A DNA stretch of 64,000 bases from an uncultured Gemmatimonadales bacterium (GTDB lineage Bacteria > Gemmatimonadota > Gemmatimonadetes > Gemmatimonadales > GWC2-71-9): assembly GCA_963771275.1 (NCBI GenBank), contig CAVYSW010000003.1, forward strand, positions 1,600,001 through 1,664,000, in the 5' to 3' direction. Under the pieces are notes generated by a model. That model made no database searches. It saw only the letters and a list, made by a program, of their open reading frames with translations, and was not told the DNA's origin. Both the position numbers and the translations under genes were made by a program. Below, one piece after another: positions 9,785-19,574 of this stretch (position 1 is its first letter; each line of letters starts with the position of its first letter).

Positions 9785-12700
9785 TCAGAACCGCACGCTC
9801 AGGCCACCCGTGAAGGTGCGCGAGCGGGGATAGATGTTGTTGTCGATGCCGTTCAGGCCGGCCGTCGGATCCACGCCGCTGTAGCCGGTGATGGTGAACG
9901 CGTTCTGCACGGTCCCGAAGAGACGCCACGGCTGGCCGCGATAGGTAAACGCGTACCCGATCGTGATGTTGTCCATCCGCAGGAACGACCCGTTCTCCAC
10001 GTAGTAGTCCGAGTAGTACTGCGGCACCACGAAGCCGGTCTCCAGCACCGACGCCTGCAGGTTGGCCGGCATGGCCGAGCCGGTGAGGTTCTGGTAGGCG
10101 CCCAGGCTGGACGCCACGTTGTTGTAGACGTGGTTCCCCAGGTACGCCCGCAGCGTGAAGCTCAGGTCGAAGTGGCCGTAGGTGAGATACGAAGAGTGGC
10201 TCAGGATCCACTTCGGCGCCGGGTCGTGGAACGGCCGGCGGTCGGAGTCGTTGATGACGCCGTCCCGTTCTGAAGAGGTCCGACAGTCAGGATCCGCCGG
10301 TGTGCAGGTGCTATCCAGGACGGTAAACTGGTCGACGTAGCTTCCCTCGATCGGCTTCCCGGTCACGGAATCGTACTGCTGCTGGTAGACGAAGAACGAG
10401 TTGATCGGCGAGCCCGGCAGGAGGACCTCGACGTTGTTCCCGACGCCGCCGGAGATGCCGCCGGTCAGGATCTTCGAGACGCTCCTGGCTGGGGTTGATG
10501 CTGAGCAGCTCGTTGGTGTTGTGGCTCACGTTGAAGTCGGCGGTCCAGCCCAGGCCACCCGTCCCGCTCTGCTTGATCAGGGCGCTGAGACTGAGCTCGA
10601 TGCCGCGGTTCCTCATGCTGCCGATGTTGGTCGTGACGTAGTTCGACAGGTTGGTGCCGGCGGCAACGGGCACCGTGAAGATCAGGTCCTTGGTGTTCTT
10701 GACGTACCACTCGATGGCGCCGCTGACCCGCTGGTTCATGAAGCCGTAGTCGAGCCCGACGTTGTAGGCGCTGGTCGCCTCCCAGTGGATGTTCGGGTCG
10801 ACGGCGCTCGGGCGGATGGTGTTGATGAACTGATCGCCGAACTGATACTGCGTCAGCGGGTCGCTGTAACGTGTACGTCGAGTACTGCAGGTAGTCGCCG
10901 AACGCCTGGTTGCCGGTCTTCGCCCACGAGGCCCGGAGCTTCAGGTCCGAGAGCGACGGCCCAGCTCCTGAACAACGACTCCTCCGAGAGCCGCCACGCG
11001 AGGGCCACCGAAGGGAAGGTGCCCCACTGGTTCCCCGCGCCGAAGCGCGACGAGCCGTCGCGACGGGCGGTCACCGCCAGAAGGTAGCGGTCGGCAATGT
11101 TGTAGTTGAGCCGTCCGAAGAAGGAGATCAGCTTGTAATCCGTGACGTCCTCTCTGGTCGCGACGTTGGCGGCCGTGACGATGCCGTCGGGGCCGAGCAG
11201 GTTGCTGCTGAGACCGCGGCGCGTCGTAGGTGAGCCAATCGTTGTGCTGCTGCGTGTACGAGTAGCCGCCCGTCAGTCGAGGTCGCCCGGCAGAGCCTTG
11301 AGGGGCGCGGCGTAGTTGAGGTACGTCTCGAGCACCGAGTTGGCCTCGGTGCCGTTCGAGAAGTTGAACTGGCCATGGAACTGCCGCACCTGGTTGGCCA
11401 GCGTGCTCGGGTTGAAGAACTGCCGCTCGGCCTTGCCGATGTCGTAGCCGAGGTTGACGTTGGCCTTCAACGCCTGCGACGAAGGGGCAGGCGTACTGGG
11501 CCTGCACGTTGCCGACGCTGCGGTAGGCCACGCCGGTGTTCGAGGCCAGGTTGAGGCTCGCCACCGGGTTGGACGGCGAAGCATTGGTCGTGTTCCAGTC
11601 CCAGTAGCCGGTCGCGCTGGTCGGATCCAGCACCGGCTGCGTCGGCGCCATCGCGGCGGCGTTGCCGAGCACGTCGGTCGGCGTGAACCCGTCGTTCGTG
11701 CGCGCGCCCTTCACGTTGAGCTTGATGTCCAGGTTGTCGTCGAAGAGGCGCTGCTCGTAGTTCACGCCCAGCGAGAGCCGCTGGGTATTGCTGGCCTTGA
11801 TGATGCCGCTCTGGTTGAGGTAGCCCACCGACAGGCGGTAGTTGTTGCTCTCGCCCGCGCCCGAGAGGGCCACGTTGTGCTCCTGGCCGAACGCGGTGCG
11901 GTCGATCTGACTGAACCAGTCGGTGTTCGGCGCCGAGCAACGAGTCGACCCTCGTGGGCGCGTACTGCTCACCGCCGAGTCGGAACTGCGCCGCGTTCAG
12001 CAGGCTGGGCAGCCGGTCACCGCCGAGGCGGATGTGCTGCCGGTGTAGTCGAGGTGCGGTCCGCCCCGCCCCCGCTTCGTCTGGATCAGCACCACGCCGT
12101 TGGCGGCGTTCGCGCCATAGATCGCCGCGGCCGAGGCGTCCTTGAGTACCGTGATGCTCTCGATGTCGTTGGGGTTGAGGAAGTTGAGCGCGTCCCGGCC
12201 GGCGCTGATGCCGCCGCCGGCGCCGGTGCTCACCGGCTGGCCATCAATGACGTAGAGCGGCTCGCTGCTGGCGTTGACGGAGGTCGCGCCGCGAATCCGG
12301 ATATTGAGGCCGCCACCGGGCTCGTTGTTGTCCACCACCTGCACGCCCGCGACCTTGGCCGCGATGAGCTGCTGCGGGCTGATGATGCGGCCGGTGTTGA
12401 ACTCCGCCCCCGTGACCTGCTTGACCGCGCCGGTGATCGTGCCCGCGGTCTGCTCGCCGTACCCGACGACCACGATGGCCGACAGGCCCACCGCCTGAGC
12501 GGTGAGGGCGAAATCGACGACGACCGCCTGGCCCGCCGCGACCGCGACGGACTGCTCGGCCGGCACATACCCGAGCATGCGTGCGCGCAGGGTGTAGGTG
12601 CCGGCGGGGACCTCGGTGATGAGGTAGCGGCCGGTCGTCTGCGTCCGCGTGGTGCGGCTCCCAAGGGTGATGGTGACGCCCGACAGCGGTTGCTGCGTCG

Positions 12701-12809
12701 CGTCGTCGATGACGCGGCCGCTCACGCTGCCGACGGGCTGTTGCGCTTGAAGCGGTGCCATCCAGAGCGCCGCCAGGAGCGCACCGAAGACGTACCGTGC
12801 TCGTTTCAT
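9785..12809 (-). CDS. susC: SusC/RagA TonB-dependent outer-membrane transporter, split by many frameshifts (sequencing error or pseudogene)
   Basis: Signal peptide and CarboxypepD_reg-like N-terminus, TonB box VVVGYG, plug motif PLYVIDG..LNPNDIESITVLKDASAAAIYG..AANGVVLI.TKRG, RRDGSSRFG, LKLRASW, ENGSFLRMDNITIGY, C-terminal YPRSRTFTGGLSVRF. Pieces lie in several frames. Confidence 0.88.
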
Positions 12810-13287
12810 ACGCGTCCTCTTGAGCTGTTTGAGCTGTGGGGGCTACAAGCACTCCGGCCGATCGCGGCTCCGGAGCGAAGGGAGCGCGCGCGTGGTGCGC
12901 ACGGATCGTCCGAACCAACGCGTCGCGTGCAGCAGGCGCCCGGGGGAATGCGCTCAACCGGGAGCCGGCTATCCTGCCCGTGCACCACGCGGTCGTGTGG
13001 ACAACCGGGCTGCTGTGCCAATGCCGTCCCGCCTGGGAAAAATGAACGCGGGCCCGATGATACCGTGTCTGAGCTAATGCTCCGGTGCGATCCTGTCAAC
13101 AAGCCGCGAAGAACCTTCGCCGCCGCTTCATCTTCCTTTCACACGCGCCCCGGCAGGTTTCCCGTCACCTCGCCGGCCCGATGACGGCTAACTCCCAGTC
13201 TTCGTTACAGATAGGGGCGCCGCCCGTGTTCGACGGTGCTCGACCTGCGGCTCCGGCGACTGACCCCTGACGACAGCGGGAGCGTGT

Positions 13288-14406
13288 ATGGCCAGGTATC
13301 GCATCGCGTGGTTGCCGGGAGATGGAGTGGGCGTGGACGTGCTCGCGGCCGCGAGGATCGTGCTCGACCGTCTCGCGCTCGATGCCGAGTACCCGCACGG
13401 CGACATCGGGTGGGAGTTCTGGTGCGCCGAGGGCGACGCGCTCCCGCCTCGCACGGTGGACCTGCTCGGCAATGTCGATGCCGCCCTGTTCGGCGCGATT
13501 ACCTCGAAGCCCGTGAAGGCCGCCGCCGCGGAGCTGTCGCCGGCGCTGCGCGACAAGGCGCTCACCTACCGCTCGCCGATCGTTCGTATGCGGCAGATGT
13601 TCGATCTCTACATCTGCCTCCGCCCGTGCACGGCCTATCCCGGCAACCCGCTCAACTTCAAGGAGGGGATCAACCTCGTCGTGTTCCGCGAGAACACCGA
13701 GGACCTCTACTCGGGGGTCGAGTTCGCGCCGGTGCCGCAGGAGCTGGCCGACACGCTGCAGCGCCTCGCCAAGCCGTTCGCCCCGTTCGCCAAGCTGCCG
13801 CTCGACCAGTACGCGATCTCGTGCAAGATCAACACACGCGCCGGCTCGGAGCGGATTGTCCGCGCGGCGTTCGAGTTCGCCCGCACGTTCAAGCGCCGCA
13901 AGGTGACCGTCGTCCACAAGGCCAACGTCGTGCGCGCCACCGACGGGCTGTTCTTCGAGGCCGCCAAGGCCGTGGCCCGGGATTACCCCGAGATCCAGCT
14001 CGACGACGCGAATATCGACGCCATGACGATGTGGCTGCTCAAGAACCCGTTCAATTATGACGTCCTCGTTGCGCCCAATCTCTACGGCGATATCATCTCC
14101 GATCTGTGCGCGCAGATGGTGGGAGGGCTGGGCTTCGGCTGCTCGGGCAACATCGGGGAGAAGCTCGCCGTGTTCGAGCCGACCCACGGCTCGGCCCCGA
14201 AATACGCCGGCCAGTACAAGGTGAACCCGATCGCCACGATCCTCGCCGTGAAGATGATGCTCGAGTGGCTGGGCGAGACGGACCGGGCGGCGACGCTCGA
14301 AGGGGCCGTCGCCGACGTGATTCGCGAGGGCAAGATCCGCACGTACGACATGGGCGGGAGCCACACGACGCTCGAGATGGGGCAAGCCATCGCCGCCAGG
14401 CTGTGA
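13288..14406 (+). CDS. Isocitrate/isopropylmalate/tartrate dehydrogenase family beta-decarboxylating dehydrogenase
   Basis: LPGDGVG, RENTEDLYSG, VHKANV, NLYGDIISD, FEPTHGSAPKYAG..NP.ATILA, TYDMGG. Confidence 0.93.
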   Translation: MARYRIAWLPGDGVGVDVLAAARIVLDRLALDAEYPHGDIGWEFWCAEGDALPPRTVDLLGNVDAALFGAITSKPVKAAAAELSPALRDKALTYRSPIVRMRQMFDLYICLRPCTAYPGNPLNFKEGINLVVFRENTEDLYSGVEFAPVPQELADTLQRLAKPFAPFAKLPLDQYAISCKINTRAGSERIVRAAFEFARTFKRRKVTVVHKANVVRATDGLFFEAAKAVARDYPEIQLDDANIDAMTMWLLKNPFNYDVLVAPNLYGDIISDLCAQMVGGLGFGCSGNIGEKLAVFEPTHGSAPKYAGQYKVNPIATILAVKMMLEWLGETDRAATLEGAVADVIREGKIRTYDMGGSHTTLEMGQAIAARL

Positions 14407-14422
14407 CGGCGGGGAGCTGCAG

Positions 14423-15334
14423 ATGAGGCGCATCACGATCCACGAGGTCGGGCCACGCGACGGTCTCCAGATGGAACAGCAGGCCGTCCCACTCGAGCTC
14501 AAGCTCGGGTGGATCCGCCGCCTGATGGACTGTGGGGTGGACATCATCCAGGTGGGCTCGTTCGTCCACCCGGAGAAAGTCCCCCAGATGGCGGACACGG
14601 ACGAGCTGTTCCGCCGGCTCACCGTGGACAAGCGGTCGCACGCGGTGCTCTCGGGACTCGTGCTCAACGAGAAGGGCCTCGCGCGCGGCTTGGCGTGCGG
14701 CGTCGAGCTGTTCTGCATGGGCGCCTCGGCCAGCGAGACCCACAGCCGCAAGAACAGCGGCATGGGCACCGAAGAGGCGACGCGCCGCATCATCGCCGCG
14801 GCGCGTGAGGCCGTGGCCGCCGGGAAGCGCGTGCAGGTCTCGGTCCAGTCGGCGTTCGGCTGCGGGTTCGATGGTGTGATCCCCGAGGAGCGCGTGCTCG
14901 GCATGGTCGGGGCGTACCTCGAGGCGGGGCTCCGCCAAATCAGCCTGGCGGACACCGCCGGGCACGCGCACCCCGCCCAAGTCACCCGCCTGTTCGGCGC
15001 GATCGCCCGGCTCGGCCCCGCCGTGGACCTGACCTGCCATTTCCACAACACGTACGGCCTCGGCATGGCCAACATCTTCGCCGCGCTCGCCGCCGGGGTC
15101 ACCTCGTTCGAGACCTCGTTCGCCGGACTGGGCGGCTGCCCGTTTACCAGGGTGGCAGCCGGCAACGTGGCCACCGAGGACTTCGTCCACGCGCTGCAGC
15201 GCTCGGGCGAGCGGCGCGACGTCGATCTCGACCGCCTGATCGGCGTGGCGCGCGACGTGGCGGCCCACTTGGGGCGCGAGATGCCGGGCTACGTCTACAG
15301 GGCGGGACCGATCCCCACCGAGGAGCCGGCATGA
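14423..15334 (+). CDS. HMG-CoA lyase family (DRE-TIM) acyl-CoA lyase
   Basis: EVGPRDGLQ, SFVHP..VPQMAD, LADT.G, HFHNTYG, GLGGCPF, GNVATED. Confidence 0.92.
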   Translation: MRRITIHEVGPRDGLQMEQQAVPLELKLGWIRRLMDCGVDIIQVGSFVHPEKVPQMADTDELFRRLTVDKRSHAVLSGLVLNEKGLARGLACGVELFCMGASASETHSRKNSGMGTEEATRRIIAAAREAVAAGKRVQVSVQSAFGCGFDGVIPEERVLGMVGAYLEAGLRQISLADTAGHAHPAQVTRLFGAIARLGPAVDLTCHFHNTYGLGMANIFAALAAGVTSFETSFAGLGGCPFTRVAAGNVATEDFVHALQRSGERRDVDLDRLIGVARDVAAHLGREMPGYVYRAGPIPTEEPA

Positions 15335-16530
15335 CGGCGGCGATCCTCGACGGCGTGCGGGTGCTGGACCTCACCAACGTGCTGGCCGGCCCGTTCGCCA
15401 CGCTCCACCTGGCGCTCCTTGGGGCGGAGGTCATCAAGGTCGAGAACCCGAAGGACGGCGACCTGGCGCGCAAGCTGGGCGTGCTCACCGCTCTCAACGA
15501 CCAGTTGATGGGCACGAGCTTCCTCGCCCAGAACGTGAACAAGAAGTCCATCACGCTCAACACCAAGGCACCCGAGGGCAAGGAGTTGTTCCGCAAGCTG
15601 GCGCGCACCGCGGACGTGCTGGTGGAGAACTTCCGCCCCGACGTGATGCAGCGGCTGGGACTCGGCTACGAGGCGCTCGCGACGATCAACCCGCGGCTCA
15701 TCTACTGCGCGATCTCCGGGTTCGGGCAGACCGGTCCCGACGCGTTCAAGCCGGCCTACGACCAGATCATCCAGGGCCTGAGCGGCGTGATGGCGATCAA
15801 CGGCGACGAGCGCCTGACCCCGTTGCGCGCGGGGTTCCCGCTGTGCGATACCGTGGGGGGCCTCAACGCGGCGTTCGCGGTGATGGCCGCGCTGTACCAT
15901 CGCGCGCGCACCGGCGAAGGCCAGTTCATCGACGTCGCCCTGCTCGATTCGATCATGCCGCTGATGGGCTGGGTCGCGGCCAACCTGCTGATCGGCAAGC
16001 AGCAGCCCGTGCTGATGGGGAACGACAATTTCACCGCGGCGCCCTCGGGCACGTTCCGCACGCAGGACGGGTACATCAACATCGCGGCCAACAAGCAGGA
16101 GCAGTGGGAGGCGCTGTGCGAGGTGCTCGGCATCGAGCCCCTCAAGTCCGATCCCCGCTTTCAGAAGCGGGACGTGCGCAAGCAGAACCGCAAGCTGCTG
16201 ACCCCGCTGCTGGAAGCGAAGCTCGCGGAGCGACGCACCGCGGAGTGGGTGGACCTGCTCAACGCCAAGGACGTGCCGAGCGGCGCGATCCTCAGCCTCG
16301 AGGAGGCGCTCGCCCAGCCCCAGGTCGTGCACCGCACCGTGCTGCACGACGTGCCGGTCGAGGGAATCGGGGTGCTGAAGCTGTTCGGCCTCACGGCCCG
16401 GTTCGACAGGACGCCGGGTCACATCGACGCGCCGCCGCCGCGCCTGTCCCAGCACACCGACGCGGTGCTCGGGAGTCTCGGCGTGACGCAGGACGAGCTG
16501 GGCGCCCTGAAGGCCAAGGGCGTGATCTGA
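15331..16530 (+). CDS. Class III (CaiB/BaiF) CoA-transferase
   Basis: GVRVLDLT.VLAGPF, LGAEVIKVE.P..GD, NKKSI.LN, DVLVENFRP, ISGFGQTGP, catalytic D in PLCD; ATGA overlap with the previous gene. Confidence 0.93.
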   Translation: MTAAILDGVRVLDLTNVLAGPFATLHLALLGAEVIKVENPKDGDLARKLGVLTALNDQLMGTSFLAQNVNKKSITLNTKAPEGKELFRKLARTADVLVENFRPDVMQRLGLGYEALATINPRLIYCAISGFGQTGPDAFKPAYDQIIQGLSGVMAINGDERLTPLRAGFPLCDTVGGLNAAFAVMAALYHRARTGEGQFIDVALLDSIMPLMGWVAANLLIGKQQPVLMGNDNFTAAPSGTFRTQDGYINIAANKQEQWEALCEVLGIEPLKSDPRFQKRDVRKQNRKLLTPLLEAKLAERRTAEWVDLLNAKDVPSGAILSLEEALAQPQVVHRTVLHDVPVEGIGVLKLFGLTARFDRTPGHIDAPPPRLSQHTDAVLGSLGVTQDELGALKAKGVI

Positions 16531-16549
16531 CGGAAGGGAGAGTCCGGTC

Positions 16550-17842
16550 ATGGGCATGACGGTGGTCCAGAAGATCCTCGCCCGCGCCTCCGGGCTGCCG
16601 GCGGTGCAGGTCGGCGACGTCGTGGAGCCCCGGGTGGATCTGGCCATGTCGCATGAAAACGCGGCGCTGGTCATCAACCAGTTCGCGGAGATCTACCAGG
16701 GCACGGCGCTCAAGCCCGTGATCTGGGATCCGGCGCGCGTCGCGGTGATCTTCGATCACCGCGTGCCAGCTGAGTCCCCCAAGACCGCGAGCAATCAGAA
16801 GAAGGTCCGCGAGTTCGTGGCGGCGCAGCTGATCCGCAAATTCCACGACATCCGGGGGGATGTCGGGGGGATCTGTCACCAAATCCTGCCGGAGAGCGGG
16901 TACGTTCGGCCCGGGGCGGTGGTGGTGGGAACCGACTCGCATACGACGAGCCACGGCGCGCTCGGCGCGTTCGCCTTCGGGATCGGTGCCACCGAGATGG
17001 CGAGCGTCTGGGCGCTGGGGACGGTGCTCAACGTCGAGGTGCCGGCGACGATCAAGGTGGTGGTGAAGGGGCGGTTCACGAAGCACGTCGGTCCCAAGGA
17101 CCTGATCCTCCACCTGATCGGCCGGCTCAGCGCCCAGGGTGCCAACTTCAAGGTGCTCGAGTTCCACGGCGACACGATCGACCGCATGTCCACGTCGGGA
17201 CGGCTGGTGCTGTGCAACATGGCGGTGGAGGCGGGGGCGACGGCGGGCATCGTCCCGGCGGATGCGGAAACTGCGCGCTACCTGCGCGACGAGGCCGGCG
17301 TGACGGATGGCCTCGAGCCGGTGCGGCCGGATCCCGACGCCCCCTACGACAGCGTGATCGACGTCCGGGTCTCGAAGCTGGAGCCCCAGATCGCCTGTCC
17401 GCACACGGTCGACAACGTGAAGCCGATTGCGGCCGTCGCGGGCAAGCGCATCCAGCAAGTCGTGATCGGCTCCTGCACCAACGGCCGGCTCGACGACCTC
17501 GCCGTCGCGGCCAAGATCATGAAGGGCCGGAAGGTGGCGCCCACCACGCGCATGCTGATCTTCCCGGCATCGAGCAGGATCTACCGGCAGGCGCTGGCGA
17601 AGGGCTACGTGCGCGCGTTCATGGAGGCGGGGGCGGTGGTGATGAACGCGGGATGCGGGCCGTGCCTCGGCGTGCACGAGGGGGCCCTCGGCGACGGCGA
17701 GACCGCGCTGTCCACCACGAACCGCAACTTCAAGGGCCGGATGGGGAACCCCAACTCGGAAGTCTATCTCTGCTCGCCGGCGGTGGCCGCGGCGTCGGCC
17801 TTGACTGGCGTGATCACCGATCCGCGGGAAGGGGCGCGGTGA
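16550..17842 (+). CDS. 3-isopropylmalate dehydratase/homoaconitase-type large subunit (short LeuC/HacA type)
   Basis: DH, GICHQ, DSHTT.HGA.GAFA.G.G, IGSCTNGR, GCGPC.G, STTNRNF.GRMG; three Fe-S Cys present. Confidence 0.93.
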   Translation: MGMTVVQKILARASGLPAVQVGDVVEPRVDLAMSHENAALVINQFAEIYQGTALKPVIWDPARVAVIFDHRVPAESPKTASNQKKVREFVAAQLIRKFHDIRGDVGGICHQILPESGYVRPGAVVVGTDSHTTSHGALGAFAFGIGATEMASVWALGTVLNVEVPATIKVVVKGRFTKHVGPKDLILHLIGRLSAQGANFKVLEFHGDTIDRMSTSGRLVLCNMAVEAGATAGIVPADAETARYLRDEAGVTDGLEPVRPDPDAPYDSVIDVRVSKLEPQIACPHTVDNVKPIAAVAGKRIQQVVIGSCTNGRLDDLAVAAKIMKGRKVAPTTRMLIFPASSRIYRQALAKGYVRAFMEAGAVVMNAGCGPCLGVHEGALGDGETALSTTNRNFKGRMGNPNSEVYLCSPAVAAASALTGVITDPREGAR

Positions 17843-17843
17843 C

Positions 17844-18335
17844 ATGGCGACGGTCGTCTACAAGGTCGGCGACGATATCTCGACCGACGTGATCTATCCC
17901 GGCCGCCACATGGCGACGGTGCTCCCCACCGAGACGCCACAGTTCGCCTTCGCGGACGACGCGGCGTTCAACGGCAGGCTGAAGGCCAAGCAGATTCCGC
18001 CGGGGAGCGTGGTGGTCGGCGGCCGCAACTTTGGCTGCGGGTCGTCGCGCGAGCAGGCGGTCTCGTGCATCAAGGGCCACGAGCTCGTGATCGTCGCGCC
18101 GGATTTTGCGCGGATCTTCCTGCAGAACGGCATCAACCTCGGTCTCCGCATGGTGACGTGCCCCACCATCGAGGCCGCGGAGGGAGACGAGCTGGACATC
18201 ACCGCCGACGCGGTCGTGAATCGCAGAACCGGCAAGCGGTTCGCGGTGGTCCCGCTGCCGCGCTCGCGTCAGGCGATCATCGATGCCGGTGGGCTGATTC
18301 CGTTCACGCGGCGGCGCCTGCTGGCGGCGAAATGA
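17844..18335 (+). CDS. 3-isopropylmalate dehydratase-type small subunit (LeuD/HacB type)
   Basis: DDISTD.IYP, NFGCGSSRE.A, FARIF..N.IN.GL. Confidence 0.92.
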   Translation: MATVVYKVGDDISTDVIYPGRHMATVLPTETPQFAFADDAAFNGRLKAKQIPPGSVVVGGRNFGCGSSREQAVSCIKGHELVIVAPDFARIFLQNGINLGLRMVTCPTIEAAEGDELDITADAVVNRRTGKRFAVVPLPRSRQAIIDAGGLIPFTRRRLLAAK

Positions 18336-18363
18336 ACGGCGCCGGCCGGCGCAGGCCTGGGCT

Positions 18364-18435
18364 ACCGCAGAGCACGCGGAGCACGCAGAAGGTACTGCTG
18401 GAAGGTCCGTCTGCGGTCTCTGCGAGCTCTGCGGT
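18364..18435. repeat. REP-like palindromic element between convergent genes
   Basis: accgcagag-cacgcggag-cacgcagaa ... gtctgcggt-ctctgcgag-ctctgcggt; the terminal 9-mers are perfect inverted repeats. Confidence 0.85.
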
Positions 18436-18468
18436 TCCTGTGTCACGGCGATGCCGCTCGAGCACTAG

Positions 18469-19473
18469 CTAGGGAACGGGGCGCGGGCCGGGACGTCGGT
18501 CGTGGAACGGCGCGGGTCGCCACCTGACGGGCGGGACCGCCGATCGCCGATCCAGCCGCCGCAGCCCCAGCGCGTCCGCGATCCGGAGGGCTTCGGCGAA
18601 CTCGTCGGGCCGGAGCCGGCGGTTCAGCTCGGCATAGCGGTCCGCCCCGACCTTCCCGGCGGGCCGGTACTGGTCCATCAGGTTGATGTAGGTGTCGGTG
18701 CCCAACTCCCGCGCCACCCACGCGAGGATCATCCGTGTCTCGTCGAGCGCGCCGGGCATCACCAGGTGGCGCAGCAGCACGCCCCGGGCCGCAACCCCAT
18801 CGGCCGTCACGCGCAGCCTGCCCACCTGCCGGTGCATTTCGCGAATCGCCACCCGCGCCACCTCCGGGTAGTCGTCGGCCTTGAGGTAGGCGCGGCTCCG
18901 CGCCGGCGACCAGCACTTGAAGTCCGGCATGTAGACGTCCACGATGCCGTCGAGCAGCGCAAGGCTCTGGGGCGCGTCGTACGCGCTCGTGTTGTAGACG
19001 ATCGGCAGATTCAGGCCACGGTCGATCGCGACGGCCAGCGCCTCGAGCAGCTGGGGCACGACGTGCTCGGGGGTCACGAGGTTGATGTTGTGGCAGCCTT
19101 GCTGCTGGAGATCGAGCATCATGGCCGCGAGCTCTGCGGGGGTCGAGCCGTCGGCCGTCTCGCGGGCCGGCACCGCCTGGCTGATGTCGAAGTTCTGGCA
19201 GAAGACGCAGCGCAGGTTGCAGTGCGTGAAGAAGATCGTCCCCGAGCCGTTCCAGCCGCGCAGGCAGTCTTCCTCGCCGAAGTGGGGGAAGAAGCTGCTG
19301 ACGACGGCGTAGCGCCCCGTCTTGCACGCCGACCAGCGGCCGTCGAGCCGGTTCACGCCGCAGGCGCGCGGGCACGCCCGGCACTCGGCGAGCGTGGCAA
19401 TCGCGCGCTGGGCGCGGGCCCGGACGACGTCCGGGGCAAGCTCGAGATAGGCTGGCAGGCGGCTTATGATCAT
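18469..19473 (-). CDS. Radical SAM protein, PflX-like uncharacterised Fe-S protein
   Basis: N-terminal C.ACPRACGVNR..C, HFGEE.CL.G..GSGTIFF, radical SAM motif CNLRCVFCQN, NINLVTP, DVYMPDFK, RHLVMP. Start MIISRL at 19473 with GGAGG RBS. Confidence 0.88.
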   Translation of the reverse strand: MIISRLPAYLELAPDVVRARAQRAIATLAECRACPRACGVNRLDGRWSACKTGRYAVVSSFFPHFGEEDCLRGWNGSGTIFFTHCNLRCVFCQNFDISQAVPARETADGSTPAELAAMMLDLQQQGCHNINLVTPEHVVPQLLEALAVAIDRGLNLPIVYNTSAYDAPQSLALLDGIVDVYMPDFKCWSPARSRAYLKADDYPEVARVAIREMHRQVGRLRVTADGVAARGVLLRHLVMPGALDETRMILAWVARELGTDTYINLMDQYRPAGKVGADRYAELNRRLRPDEFAEALRIADALGLRRLDRRSAVPPVRWRPAPFHDRRPGPRPVP

Positions 19474-19486
19474 CGGGCCCGGCCTC

Positions 19487-19524
19487 CAAAAAAAACCCGC
19501 CCGACCCCCAGCCGGTCGGGCGGG
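19487..19524 (-). terminator. Intrinsic terminator in the 5' leader of the radical SAM gene
   Basis: Minus strand CCCGCCCGACC-ggctggg-GGTCGGGCGGG followed by T8. It ends just before the RBS. Confidence 0.85.
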
Positions 19525-19574
19525 CACATCTTTACGGACCGGGTCGGCGACTGCGGGAGGACCTCCGTGTCCTA

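Noticed and set aside
9785..12809. Programmed frameshifting or phase variation in susC
   Set aside because: The shifts are too numerous and I saw no long homopolymer or microsatellite tracts at the breakpoints.
13288..18335. Calling the operon leuB/leuC/leuD for leucine biosynthesis
   Set aside because: No leuA or ilv genes are adjacent, and the embedded CoA-transferase and lyase point to another pathway, so gene symbols were withheld.
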